This document shows, piece by piece, positions 10,676 to 18,823 of a stretch of 33,190 nucleotides of DNA (position 1 is the first letter of the stretch; every line of letters starts with the position of its first letter). Origin of the DNA: a virus (lineage: Duplodnaviria > Caudoviricetes); IMG/VR virus record IMGVR_UViG_3300042317_000338, positions 1 to 33,190 of that record; one strand, given 5' to 3'. The position numbers and the translations under genes are program-made. Below the pieces are notes generated by a model, which saw only the letters and a list, made by a program, of their open reading frames with translations, did no database searches and was not told the origin of the DNA.

Positions 10676-11242
10676 ATGTTCATAGATCAAGAAACACAAT
10701 TTTGGGTCAATATCGACCAGCCGTACAAAGGATTCAGCAGGCTGGACACTCCGGCAATTCGTGAAACTGCGGGGCTAATTGAAATCCCTGACCCCACACC
10801 TCCGGCTGATTACTCGGATGAAACCTACTACCGCACCGAAACAGGTGATCGGATGCCGCCGTATGTTGTTTTCACGAAGAAGTCAGCCGAGCAACTGGCA
10901 CAACTCCGCACTGCCAAGCTGAAGCAAATAAGGGATGACCTCACCGAGAACGGCGGCTGTCTGGTGGGTGGCAAGTGGTTCCACACCGATGTCAAATCCA
11001 AGCAGCAGCAGATGGCCCTGACGATGGCCGGCATGTCTCTGCCGGACAACCTGCAATGGAAAACGATGGATGGTTCGTTCGTCACCATGACGCCGGCACT
11101 GGCAACAGAACTGTTTGCGGCCCAGCTTGCGCGTGAAGCCACCATCTTCGCCATCTGCCAAGCCAAGCAGCAGGACGATACGCCGATCAACGAAGGCTGG
11201 CCGGAGCGGTACAGTGCCAACGCAGATAGCGGTAATTTGTGA
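10676..11242 (+). CDS. tail fibre assembly-type protein (DUF4376-like)
   Basis: AAGGAG RBS; 'GG..VGGKWFHTD..S..QQ...WKTMDGSFVTMT' pattern; downstream of the fibres. Confidence 0.65.
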   Translation: MFIDQETQFWVNIDQPYKGFSRLDTPAIRETAGLIEIPDPTPPADYSDETYYRTETGDRMPPYVVFTKKSAEQLAQLRTAKLKQIRDDLTENGGCLVGGKWFHTDVKSKQQQMALTMAGMSLPDNLQWKTMDGSFVTMTPALATELFAAQLAREATIFAICQAKQQDDTPINEGWPERYSANADSGNL

Positions 11243-11687
11243 TCCTGACCGCTTCAGTGCCAAGTTACAGGCGCTGGGGCGGATGATCTTGGGCAAGCCG
11301 GCGCATCCGGCCTATCCATACCATGTCGCGTGGCTGACAGATAACGCCATGTACGACATGAACTGGAACTTCCGCAAGATACCTCGGGACCACTACGACA
11401 ACAGGGATGTGCGGGTGTTCGACTCCCCGGTGGATGTGCCTGAAGAGTACCTAGAAATGATGATCGGCAAGCGCAAATACGGCACGATGGACGTTATACT
11501 GTACCCAATTCTGCAACTGCTTGGGATCAACTGGTGGGGTACGCACTGTGCTGAGGCTATCAACGATGATATATGGTTCCACGGGTATCGCACACCGTTC
11601 ATCCCCTATGGCGCTCCGCCTGATCCTACTGAAACTCTCATCTGGTTGGAGAGCCTGAATGTCCGACGAGTGGCCGACAACCCCTGA
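11214..11687 (+). CDS. permuted papain-like (NlpC/P60-type) protein
   Basis: Likely GTG start at 11214 with GGAG RBS; His early (YHVAW) and Cys late (HCAE), the circularly permuted catalytic order. Confidence 0.55.
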   Translation: MPTQIAVICDPDRFSAKLQALGRMILGKPAHPAYPYHVAWLTDNAMYDMNWNFRKIPRDHYDNRDVRVFDSPVDVPEEYLEMMIGKRKYGTMDVILYPILQLLGINWWGTHCAEAINDDIWFHGYRTPFIPYGAPPDPTETLIWLESLNVRRVADNP

Positions 11688-12081
11688 TGGTAAGCCGATT
11701 GAACGTCGGGCCATCCCCATTCACATTCTCAACCATATTGACGAGCGCTTGGAAAACCATTCAGACAAAGTGGATAGGCAGTTGGCGGCGATTCGCAGCG
11801 ACCTTCAGCACAATGCTGAACAGTCGGAAGAACGCCATCGTCACTTGGTAGATTCAATTACTGCGTTCATGGGCCGTGCCGAGTTGTTGTTCGATGCCTT
11901 CCCTGAGCAAGACCCTAACGGGCATCGCAGAGCGCATGAGGAATGGGTGAAGGAAGCCGCAGCGAAAGCCGAGTTCTGGCAGACGATGAAGAAAGAACTC
12001 GCCAAGTATGGGCTGCTTGGCTTGGCGGGGTGGGTGGCGTTTCAACTCTGGACAGCATTTCTACACGGGCCACAGAAATGA
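11659..12081 (+). CDS. coiled-coil protein with C-terminal transmembrane helix (putative holin/antiholin)
   Basis: C-terminal TM 'YGLLGLAGWVAFQLWTAFL'; immediately upstream of the endolysin. Confidence 0.5.
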   Translation: MSDEWPTTPDGKPIERRAIPIHILNHIDERLENHSDKVDRQLAAIRSDLQHNAEQSEERHRHLVDSITAFMGRAELLFDAFPEQDPNGHRRAHEEWVKEAAAKAEFWQTMKKELAKYGLLGLAGWVAFQLWTAFLHGPQK

Positions 12082-12539
12082 ATCTCTCGGCGCACTTCTC
12101 CCTTGCTGAACTCACGCAATCCGACTACGCCATTCGGCACGGGCTGGACAACAGCCCCAACGAGGCGGACATCCTCGACAACCTGCACACGCTGGCAGCG
12201 GGACTGGAACGGGTCCGCGTACTCCTTGGCAACAACATGATCTACATCAACAGCGGCTACCGCGCCCCCAAGGTCAATGCCGGTGTCGGTGGTAGCAAGA
12301 CCTCGGCGCACATGTTTGGGCTGGCCGCTGACTTTACCTGTCCCACGTTCGGCACGCCGCGAGAGATTTGCGTCCATCTGCGGGACAACAAGGAACACAT
12401 TGGCTTCGACCAACTAATCCATGAGGGGGCTTGGGTACATATCGCCTTCCCCCCTGCTGACCAGATTCCCAAGATGCGCGTGATGACGGCCATCTTCAAG
12501 AAGGGCGGCGGTGTGTCCTACGTCGAGGGGGTAGCGTGA
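12078..12539 (+). CDS. endolysin, peptidase M15 family
   Basis: Start MNLSAHFSLAEL at the ATGA overlap; motifs SGYR, SAHMFGLAAD and WVHI (Zn ligands H, D, H). Confidence 0.85.
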   Translation: MNLSAHFSLAELTQSDYAIRHGLDNSPNEADILDNLHTLAAGLERVRVLLGNNMIYINSGYRAPKVNAGVGGSKTSAHMFGLAADFTCPTFGTPREICVHLRDNKEHIGFDQLIHEGAWVHIAFPPADQIPKMRVMTAIFKKGGGVSYVEGVA

Positions 12540-12754
12540 ATGAAATATCACTCACAGTCATCGGCTTCTTCCTCATCGTCGTCATCGGTGGGGCGTTTGA
12601 GTTCTGGCTTGTTGTCCGAGCATATCAGCGGCTTGAGGCTGAACAGCGGCGCATCCTTTCCGAGCGAGATGCGGGATGCTACGGAGATGATCCTCGCCTA
12701 CCGCAGGTCGCAGCAGAAGGTCAAGTTGAGTCGGGTGCCTCCGCACCCCGATGA
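12536..12754 (+). CDS. small membrane protein in lysis cassette (possibly frameshifted, continuing to 12791)
   Basis: N-terminal TM helix then a short coiled coil; see the finding on the CGAG duplication. Confidence 0.5.
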   Translation: MNEISLTVIGFFLIVVIGGAFEFWLVVRAYQRLEAEQRRILSERDAGCYGDDPRLPQVAAEGQVESGASAPR

Positions 12755-12775
12755 TGAGCCTGAAGGAGATGAAGA

Positions 12776-13171
12776 ATGTGGCAACTATTGATCCCCGCAG
12801 TAACCTCCATTCTCGACAAGGTTCTGCCCGACACTGAGGCGGCGAACAAGGCCAAGGCTGAACTGCTCTCCATGCAGGCGAAGGGCGAACTGGACGCGCT
12901 GCTTGGTCAGTTGGAGATTAACAAGGAAGAGGCCAAGTCTGCCAGTGTCTTTGTGGCAGGCTGGAGACCGGCTACCGGGTGGCTGTGCGGCTTTGCCTTG
13001 GGGTATGTAGCCATCGTGGAGCCGATCCTGCGATTCGTCGCTGTAGTCGGGTTTGACTACACTGGCGCGTTCCCGCAGATTGACACCGACCTGACTCTGC
13101 AAGTGTTGCTTGGTATGTTGGGCCTTGCGGGAGCCAGGTCGTTTGAGAAGCATAAGGGAGTGGCTAGGTAG
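12776..13171 (+). CDS. holin (3TM / GTA-holin-like)
   Basis: AAGGAG RBS; 'FVAGWRPATGWLCG...LLGMLGLAGARSFEK' family signature. Confidence 0.8.
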   Translation: MWQLLIPAVTSILDKVLPDTEAANKAKAELLSMQAKGELDALLGQLEINKEEAKSASVFVAGWRPATGWLCGFALGYVAIVEPILRFVAVVGFDYTGAFPQIDTDLTLQVLLGMLGLAGARSFEKHKGVAR

Positions 13172-13391
13172 CTCCGTACTTCTCCAGCCGATCTACCTCT
13201 GCCTTGGCGTAGAACAGCACCTTCTTGGCATCACGCAATGCGTCGCTGTGGTCAGCCAGGCCTTTGCGGTATAGGGCGCGGAACATCTCCCCGTCCTGGG
13301 CATTCATGTTGCGGTAGCTGATGAGGTGCTGCAACTCTGTCGCCCCCTCGGGCAACTCGTAATAGCTGGCGGTGCTTCCGTCTGATTTCAC
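13164..13391 (-). CDS. hypothetical protein (DUF3310-like)
   Basis: 'SYYELP...LQHLI...GEMFRALYR.G...DAKKVLFYA..E' pattern. Confidence 0.5.
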   Translation of the reverse strand: MKSDGSTASYYELPEGATELQHLISYRNMNAQDGEMFRALYRKGLADHSDALRDAKKVLFYAKAEVDRLEKYGAT

Positions 13392-13702
13392 AGTCCATAC
13401 CCTTTCAAGTATTCAACGTCAGAGTGTAACTCGCACTCGCCACACCGGGGGTCCGTGGGGCGCTTGTCGTACCTGCAATGGGTACTCAAGACATGCGAGA
13501 TGAAGTGGTCGTACATATAGTAGGTGCCGTCTGCCCGGTACTGCCGAGCCTTGACGTAGTAGCCCCCTGACGGCGCATTACCGTTGCTGCACCCATAGGG
13601 CTTGGCCTTGCTGCTCTTGACGGCATCATGTACTTCATGGTCATGCACGGGAGGCACGATAGGCTCGCTTTCTGATTGAGTCGGCAGTCCCACGGCACTC
13701 AA
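13388..13702 (-). CDS. hypothetical Cys-rich protein (start uncertain, possibly GTG 13657)
   Basis: 'CRYD...DPRCGEC' C-terminus; its stop overlaps the GTG start of the next gene. Confidence 0.45.
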   Translation of the reverse strand: MSAVGLPTQSESEPIVPPVHDHEVHDAVKSSKAKPYGCSNGNAPSGGYYVKARQYRADGTYYMYDHFISHVLSTHCRYDKRPTDPRCGECELHSDVEYLKGYGL

Positions 13703-14015
13703 TCGAGCACCACTTCGACGTGTTGTTGGTGGGGGCGAACATCTTACCGCAAAGCTGGCAGGCTACCTCGGGTCGGGGCTTGGGTGCGCCAGACTTCTTC
13801 TCTGCCCGTGCCTTCTTCGCGTTGATGCGGTCCTTCTCCTTGCCGTCGGCATTGCGGCAGTCTGCCGAGCAATACTTCGACGCCCGCTTGGTCACGATAA
13901 TGCCCGAGCAGTATTTGCACTTGGGCTGTGGTGTTGGCTTGCCAGCCAGCGCGAACAGCATCATGGCGATGGGCCAGTCCGGGGTGCAGGGGTGGTGTGG
14001 TACGGTGTAGTTCAT
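13641..14015 (-). CDS. protein with two CxxC...CSxxC zinc-finger repeats
   Basis: CKYC...YCSADC and CQLC...WCSIEC; basic linkers. Confidence 0.6.
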   Translation of the reverse strand: MNYTVPHHPCTPDWPIAMMLFALAGKPTPQPKCKYCSGIIVTKRASKYCSADCRNADGKEKDRINAKKARAEKKSGAPKPRPEVACQLCGKMFAPTNNTSKWCSIECRGTADSIRKRAYRASRA

Positions 14016-14980
14016 TTCATTGCCTCGTCGATGGCTGCGTCAAATTTTTCCGGTGTGCCTTGTTCGAGCAGAATGTCGGCCAGATAGTCGCCGTTTTTGA
14101 GCGTTATCCCGTCATTCGTGAAAGCTGCTCGCGCTGTGTTATACCGCTCAGCATCCTTCACCAGCGCATCCAGCTCCGAGGTGTCGCAGGGGAGGGTTAG
14201 CGCGGTATCCGCCTTGCTAAGTTCGTGGCATTTCCCAAAGCGATGGCGGATTGACTCAGCGCAAACGTGTAGCGCCTCCCGCAACTGCTGGGCGTAGTGC
14301 TGGCTGGCGGCTAACTCTTTCCTGAACGTGATGTAATCCTCTTGCATGTCTTTGCAGTCTTGCTTGTACTCATCCCGCTCCTTCGTCACGGCGGCGAGTT
14401 GTTCAGGTAAAAACTTCCACTCGTTCAACTTCTCGACCGCATCAGCGTAGGCTTTGGCTTGCCCATGTTCTTGGATGTACTGCCCACCATCGCGGTGGAT
14501 GGTGCATAAGAGTTCATTTAACTCCTTCACCCGCTGGCGCAATGCTTCTATCTCAACAAACCCATCAATGCCGTACTCTTCAGCGATAGCTGCGATGCCT
14601 TTGTGTGTATCAAGTTGCTGGCGCAGGTATTTATTCTCTGCCTCAAGCGCCTGTGCGTGACCTACGCTGTACTGGCACCCTGCATACCCGCTATCTAGTC
14701 CGCTCATTCCATCCACCCCCTTGTACTTGGCGAGTGCTGCGTTTGCTATGTTCCTGATTCGCTTGTTTGCCACTTCATAAGATGCGCAGTTATCATCACT
14801 AAGTTCAACATTTGCGAATTGCTCCAACGCCTCTCCCATCTCCTTCACCAACTCGATCAAGCGCAGGATGGTTTCGGGGGTGGCGGCATCAATGAATTCT
14901 TGCACTGGAGCATTGATAGGGCCATCCCAATACGGCGTTGCCGCTTTCGCCAGCGCTTCCAACTCGTTCAGGGTGGTCAT
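14012..14980 (-). CDS. Ead/Ea22-like N-terminus plus coiled-coil accessory protein (probable fusion of two genes)
   Basis: N-terminus 'LEALAKAATP...FIDAATPETILRLI' is Ead/Ea22-like; internal Met at 14707 follows a G-rich RBS-like run. Confidence 0.55.
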   Translation of the reverse strand: MTTLNELEALAKAATPYWDGPINAPVQEFIDAATPETILRLIELVKEMGEALEQFANVELSDDNCASYEVANKRIRNIANAALAKYKGVDGMSGLDSGYAGCQYSVGHAQALEAENKYLRQQLDTHKGIAAIAEEYGIDGFVEIEALRQRVKELNELLCTIHRDGGQYIQEHGQAKAYADAVEKLNEWKFLPEQLAAVTKERDEYKQDCKDMQEDYITFRKELAASQHYAQQLREALHVCAESIRHRFGKCHELSKADTALTLPCDTSELDALVKDAERYNTARAAFTNDGITLKNGDYLADILLEQGTPEKFDAAIDEAMK

Positions 14981-15084
14981 TTGTAATGCCTCGCGAGTAG
15001 TCCAAGCAGTTCTTTCAGTATTTCGTTCTTACCCCATGAGTTTTTTCGTTCGATGATTTCAATTAGTTCTTGAATGATTGTCAT
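14977..15084 (-). CDS. small hypothetical protein (35 aa, not in ORF track)
   Basis: MTIIQELIEIIERKNSWGKNEILKELLGLLARHYK; fills the gap with TGATG and ATGA overlaps. Confidence 0.55.
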   Translation of the reverse strand: MTIIQELIEIIERKNSWGKNEILKELLGLLARHYK

Positions 15085-15356
15085 CACAAATCCTTTTGGT
15101 AGAGTGGTTGCACTTCCATTTCCTGCTGATCTTCAGGGGAGTACTGACGCATGTATTTAGTAGCCTCACTCTCTGTGTTGAATAGAAACTCATCTTGTAT
15201 TACCCGTTGAAATAGGCATACCCAAGCCGCCGGCTCATTCGGCTCTTTGGCGAGGATGGTGCGGAGTGCATCCATCTCGTCGCAGTCACTCCAGCACATA
15301 GACAATTTGTTCAACACCTGCCGCAAGACTTCCTCCGATACGATGTAGGCCTTCAT
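15084..15356 (-). CDS. hypothetical protein
   Basis: Start MKAYIVSEE with GAGGTG RBS; 'EPAAW...VQPLY' pattern common in phage accessory ORFs. Confidence 0.55.
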   Translation of the reverse strand: MKAYIVSEEVLRQVLNKLSMCWSDCDEMDALRTILAKEPNEPAAWVCLFQRVIQDEFLFNTESEATKYMRQYSPEDQQEMEVQPLYQKDL

Positions 15357-15499
15357 TTGCTCACCTCGCACCTATAAGCCCCATCAGGAGTGATCCACAT
15401 ATTCTGATATTTGTAGGCCACCCGCCCTTCGATACACGCGTGCTCTGTTCCGCACGCTGTCAGCAATAACGTGGCGGTAATAATGCCGACGGTTTTCAT
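15353..15499 (-). CDS. small lipoprotein (48 aa, not in ORF track)
   Basis: AGGAG RBS; MKTVGIITATLLLTAC-GTEHACIEGRVAYKYQNMWITPDGAYRCEVSK with lipobox LTAC; ATGA overlaps at both ends. Confidence 0.65.
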   Translation of the reverse strand: MKTVGIITATLLLTACGTEHACIEGRVAYKYQNMWITPDGAYRCEVSK

Positions 15500-15696
15500 T
15501 TCTGACTCCTGATCGCTGCGGCGCATTCAGCCGGAACCATCTGACGCTCATGGAATCTGTCACAAATCCCCGCATCCATCCCCCTCTGCTTCTCGGCCAC
15601 GAGGCGAGCGAAGGCGATGATATTTAGCGTTGAACCTCTGGTGCATCCGGCCAGATTCGCCATCTCGATGATTTCTTCGTCGCTTATCACTTTCAT
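15496..15696 (-). CDS. hypothetical protein
   Basis: MKVISDEEIIEMA...FARLV...CAAAIR, a common phage accessory pattern; start uncertain. Confidence 0.5.
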   Translation of the reverse strand: MKVISDEEIIEMANLAGCTRGSTLNIIAFARLVAEKQRGMDAGICDRFHERQMVPAECAAAIRSQK

Positions 15697-15703
15697 TTCC
15701 TTT

Positions 15704-16462
15704 TCACGATTGGCATATCGCGCACATTTGGTCTGGATTGTTTCGCGCTGCTCCACCCTTTGATGTCCATATTGATTTACCTGTTCTATTTTCTATTGAC
15801 CGCACTAGTTCGTAGTGCTGTTTGCCTGTTTCATCAAACCCAAACGCTCGTTCCTTCGGTGCGTCACCACTTGCCAAGCATGGGAAGCAACCAACACGGT
15901 CAAACCCTTTTGCATAGAGCGGGTTCTGCTCACCGTCGAGAAGCTGCATAACCTGCCATGTTTGCCAATCAAGGATCGGAAGTCGGCACATAACCCCCAT
16001 AGTTGCTAAGTGCTTTGGGTACTTCTTTGGCAAGATTTCATGTAGTGGGTATAGGTCAGATGAGGTTTTTCCTTCGTATCGTTTAGCCCTGTCGTTACTT
16101 TCGGCAGAGCGCATCCCGTACCAGACTTCAAAACCTTTACCCTGTTTTGCGGCTAAATTCTCCAGATACCTTTTCGTTGGCTTGATCTTCAGATCATCAG
16201 TGCAGAACCTTGCTGTGCCACTGGGGAAGCGGCCATAGCGAAGGCAGCGCGTACCTACATCGCCATCAGATACAACGTCAATACGAACCCCATATAGGTC
16301 ACGAATCGCATCAACGTGGGTATATGTCAATGGATGCTCAAACTGCGTATCGCAAAACAGGCCACGAACCTCAGTGCGACCAAAGCGGATAAGCGCCAGC
16401 TTCAGACATGCCTGACTATCTTTACCACCAGATATGGGGACAACACAGCCAATCATCTTCAC
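15704..16462 (-). CDS. phosphoadenosine phosphosulfate (PAPS) reductase family protein
   Basis: PP-loop SGGKDS, 'FCDTQFEH', 'RFCTDDLKIKP', 'GMRSAES..R', 'RVGCFPC'; AAGGAG RBS before GTG. Confidence 0.85.
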   Translation of the reverse strand: MKMIGCVVPISGGKDSQACLKLALIRFGRTEVRGLFCDTQFEHPLTYTHVDAIRDLYGVRIDVVSDGDVGTRCLRYGRFPSGTARFCTDDLKIKPTKRYLENLAAKQGKGFEVWYGMRSAESNDRAKRYEGKTSSDLYPLHEILPKKYPKHLATMGVMCRLPILDWQTWQVMQLLDGEQNPLYAKGFDRVGCFPCLASGDAPKERAFGFDETGKQHYELVRSIENRTGKSIWTSKGGAARNNPDQMCAICQS

Positions 16463-16609
16463 TTCTCCTTATTGGGTGCCAGCCGGTTTTCGTAGTTCAT
16501 TCAATTCACCCTTTCTCAAGTAAGTTGAAGGACTCCGGCTGGCATTGATGGGTGGGGGCGGGTAGTTCCCGCTACCGACTCTCCTTTCAGAAAGCGCCCC
16601 CGTTGATCG

Positions 16610-16798
16610 TTACAGTTTCTTCGTTACTGTCTTTCGCGCCGTCGGCGTCGCCATGTACGTGCAAGTGACCGTACCATCTGGGCGAATCTCGCTGCTGATG
16701 ACTTCACCGGGGCAAGACTTCATTGACTTGGGCTTTAGACACATAACCGACGTACTACCGATAGCTACAAAGAACAATACCCAGCATGGCTTAGCCAT
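16610..16798 (-). CDS. small secreted/membrane hypothetical protein
   Basis: Hydrophobic N-terminus and Cys residues; overlaps the upstream gene stop. Confidence 0.45.
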   Translation of the reverse strand: MAKPCWVLFFVAIGSTSVMCLKPKSMKSCPGEVISSEIRPDGTVTCTYMATPTARKTVTKKL

Positions 16799-16958
16799 GA
16801 TTCAACTCCGATACACGCAGATCACGTTCAAAGTCCTTGATGCTGGCCCGTAGCGCGGCAAGGTAGCGGTGATTCATGCCTGTCGCTGCGCCGATGTCGT
16901 ACTCCATCTGCTGCATCCAGATGCAGAACTTGAGGAAGGTCGGGTAGATGGATTTCAT
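16791..16958 (-). CDS. hypothetical protein
   Basis: Start MKSIYPT after GGAGGTG RBS, ATGA overlap. Confidence 0.5.
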   Translation of the reverse strand: MKSIYPTFLKFCIWMQQMEYDIGAATGMNHRYLAALRASIKDFERDLRVSELNHG

Positions 16959-17152
16959 ACCACACCTCCGAGCAGCCACTTGTCACGCAGACCGGTAATC
17001 AGTTCCTTCTTGTCCTCGATGTCGTCCTCAAGGGTTTGCAGTTCCTCACGCAGCCGGTTCATCTCACGGTGCATCCGGGCAGCGCGGTCGCGCATGGCGT
17101 CGAGTGCCGATTCCTGAATCAGGATATGGACTTCTTTCATTGAAATGCTCAT
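16955..17152 (-). CDS. small coiled-coil protein
   Basis: GGAG RBS, ATGA overlaps, heptad pattern. Confidence 0.55.
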   Translation of the reverse strand: MSISMKEVHILIQESALDAMRDRAARMHREMNRLREELQTLEDDIEDKKELITGLRDKWLLGGVV

Positions 17153-17358
17153 TTGATGCTCTCCAAAAGTTCAAGACGCTCACGAGCAGTACGCAGTTTC
17201 GAGTAACGCTGATGCAGACGTTCAATAAACACCTTGCGCTTTCCTGTGCGACACTCCTGGTCAAGTAGTGCCTTGATCTGATCCTCACGCAATGTGTGCA
17301 TATCACGATTGAGAACTGACCATTCAGTGAGCATTGCATCCATGATTATTTGTTCCAC
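17149..17358 (-). CDS. hypothetical protein
   Basis: GTG start after AAGGAG; 'RLHQRYSKLR..RER' segment; directly downstream of the SNF2 helicase. Confidence 0.6.
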   Translation of the reverse strand: MEQIIMDAMLTEWSVLNRDMHTLREDQIKALLDQECRTGKRKVFIERLHQRYSKLRTARERLELLESIK

Positions 17359-17388
17359 GTTTGTTCTCCTTTTGTTCAACGTGAGTGC

Positions 17389-17417
17389 ATCATAATCAGA
17401 GATTTTCTGTTCGTCAA
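17389..17417 (-). promoter_or_regulatory. sigma70-type promoter for the accessory gene block
   Basis: TTGACG-N17-TATGAT on the - strand; the -35 box overlaps the helicase stop codon. Confidence 0.7.
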
Positions 17418-18823
17418 GGTTTTTCTTTCATTGACCTATAAGACTTGATCGCGTTTCTCAACGAGTTTTGTGTGTCCGCCTTATCGTTCAGCGCCATCGA
17501 TTGAGCCTGGTCAAGAGTATCCCGACATAGAATACGATGGCAGATGACAGGGACACCCTGACCCTGACGACGGATACGGGCATTGAACTGTTCGTAAAGA
17601 TCAAGGCTCCAGTTGAGGCCGAACCATACAAGCGTATGACCCATCTGTTGCAGACCATCGACACCGTGTCCCATGCTGGCAGGGTGACCGATCATCAACT
17701 GACAATCGCCTGAACGCCACCTCATCATGGCATCAGTCAGGGATCGCTCACTCTTACAGTCGGTCAGGTTGATCGGACGTATCTCATGGAACCGCTTCAT
17801 AATCCGCTCGGCGTCTGAGCGATAAGCATACGAACAAAGGATCGGCTGACCAGCAGACTCTTCGATGATGTCCTCAAGTGCATCCAGCTTGATGTCATGG
17901 ATAGGTTCCCACAACGGCATACCGGGGATCGGATACATTGCACCATTGCTGAACTGAAGGCACTTGTTGGTCAAGGATGCCTGATTGAACATCTCGATCT
18001 CGGTACCGTTGTCAAGGGCGATGAAGAAGTCCTTCTCCATCTGGTCGTACATCTTACGTAGGTCGTCCGGTAGCTCCACCTCCACATCATTCACGATCAT
18101 GTCAGGTAGAGGGTTGTAATCCTCGGCTGACATCTCAAGGGTGATGTCACCAATGAGGTGCTTGATCTGTTCCTCGGTGTCAGCGTAAGGAACCTCCTTG
18201 TACTGTCCTTCCTTGCGATAGAACTTGGTCTTGAACGCGGTCTTGGAGGTTCCTAGACGTTCTCCTTGGTCAAGTACCAGGTACTGTCCATGCAGGTCTT
18301 GGTAACCATTGGATGCGGGAGTACCCGTCAGTCCCGTGCGCCACTTGAAATGAGGCAATACCTTCTTGAGTGCCTTGACCCGGTTGGTGCTGCTGTTCTT
18401 GCACTTGCTGATCTCGTCATAGACGATCCCATCGAACGGGAGAGGTCTATCTTTGGCAATGAAGTAGGTCTGAAGTGTTTCCGATACCCACCCGAGATTC
18501 TCATAGTTGATGAGGTAGATGTCTGCCTTCTGGAGCAGGGCGCGAGTACGCTGATCCTTGGTGCCTGTGACCATGCTGAACTTGAGATGCTTGGTATGCT
18601 GCCACTTCAGCGCCTCTTGGCGCCATACGAGTCGACACACGCGGATCGGTGCCACGATCACCACGCCGGTCAGGAAGCCCGTATTGAGCAGATGCGCAAT
18701 GGTAGTGAGAGTTATGGCGGTCTTGCCAAGTCCCATGTCGAGCCAGAGGGCAGAGTAGGGGTGAGTGCATTGGAAATTGACAGCCTTCTGCTGGTAACCG
18801 TGGAGCTTGTCAGGGGTTAGCAT
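17414..18823 (-). CDS. SNF2-family helicase
   Basis: Start MLTPDKLHGYQ; motifs LDMGLGKT, DEIS, LTGTP, HPASMGHGVDGLQ, QFNARIRRQGQ. Confidence 0.9.
   Translation of the reverse strand: MLTPDKLHGYQQKAVNFQCTHPYSALWLDMGLGKTAITLTTIAHLLNTGFLTGVVIVAPIRVCRLVWRQEALKWQHTKHLKFSMVTGTKDQRTRALLQKADIYLINYENLGWVSETLQTYFIAKDRPLPFDGIVYDEISKCKNSSTNRVKALKKVLPHFKWRTGLTGTPASNGYQDLHGQYLVLDQGERLGTSKTAFKTKFYRKEGQYKEVPYADTEEQIKHLIGDITLEMSAEDYNPLPDMIVNDVEVELPDDLRKMYDQMEKDFFIALDNGTEIEMFNQASLTNKCLQFSNGAMYPIPGMPLWEPIHDIKLDALEDIIEESAGQPILCSYAYRSDAERIMKRFHEIRPINLTDCKSERSLTDAMMRWRSGDCQLMIGHPASMGHGVDGLQQMGHTLVWFGLNWSLDLYEQFNARIRRQGQGVPVICHRILCRDTLDQAQSMALNDKADTQNSLRNAIKSYRSMKEKP

Noticed and set aside
7303-11242. Diversity-generating retroelement acting on the tail fibre, as in BPP-1
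   Set aside because: No reverse transcriptase ORF and no template/variable repeat pair was seen in the window.
16463-16609. tRNA or known riboswitch in the structured gap
   Set aside because: No cloverleaf or T-loop GTTC consensus, and I recognised no conserved aptamer core; kept only as a candidate novel structure.
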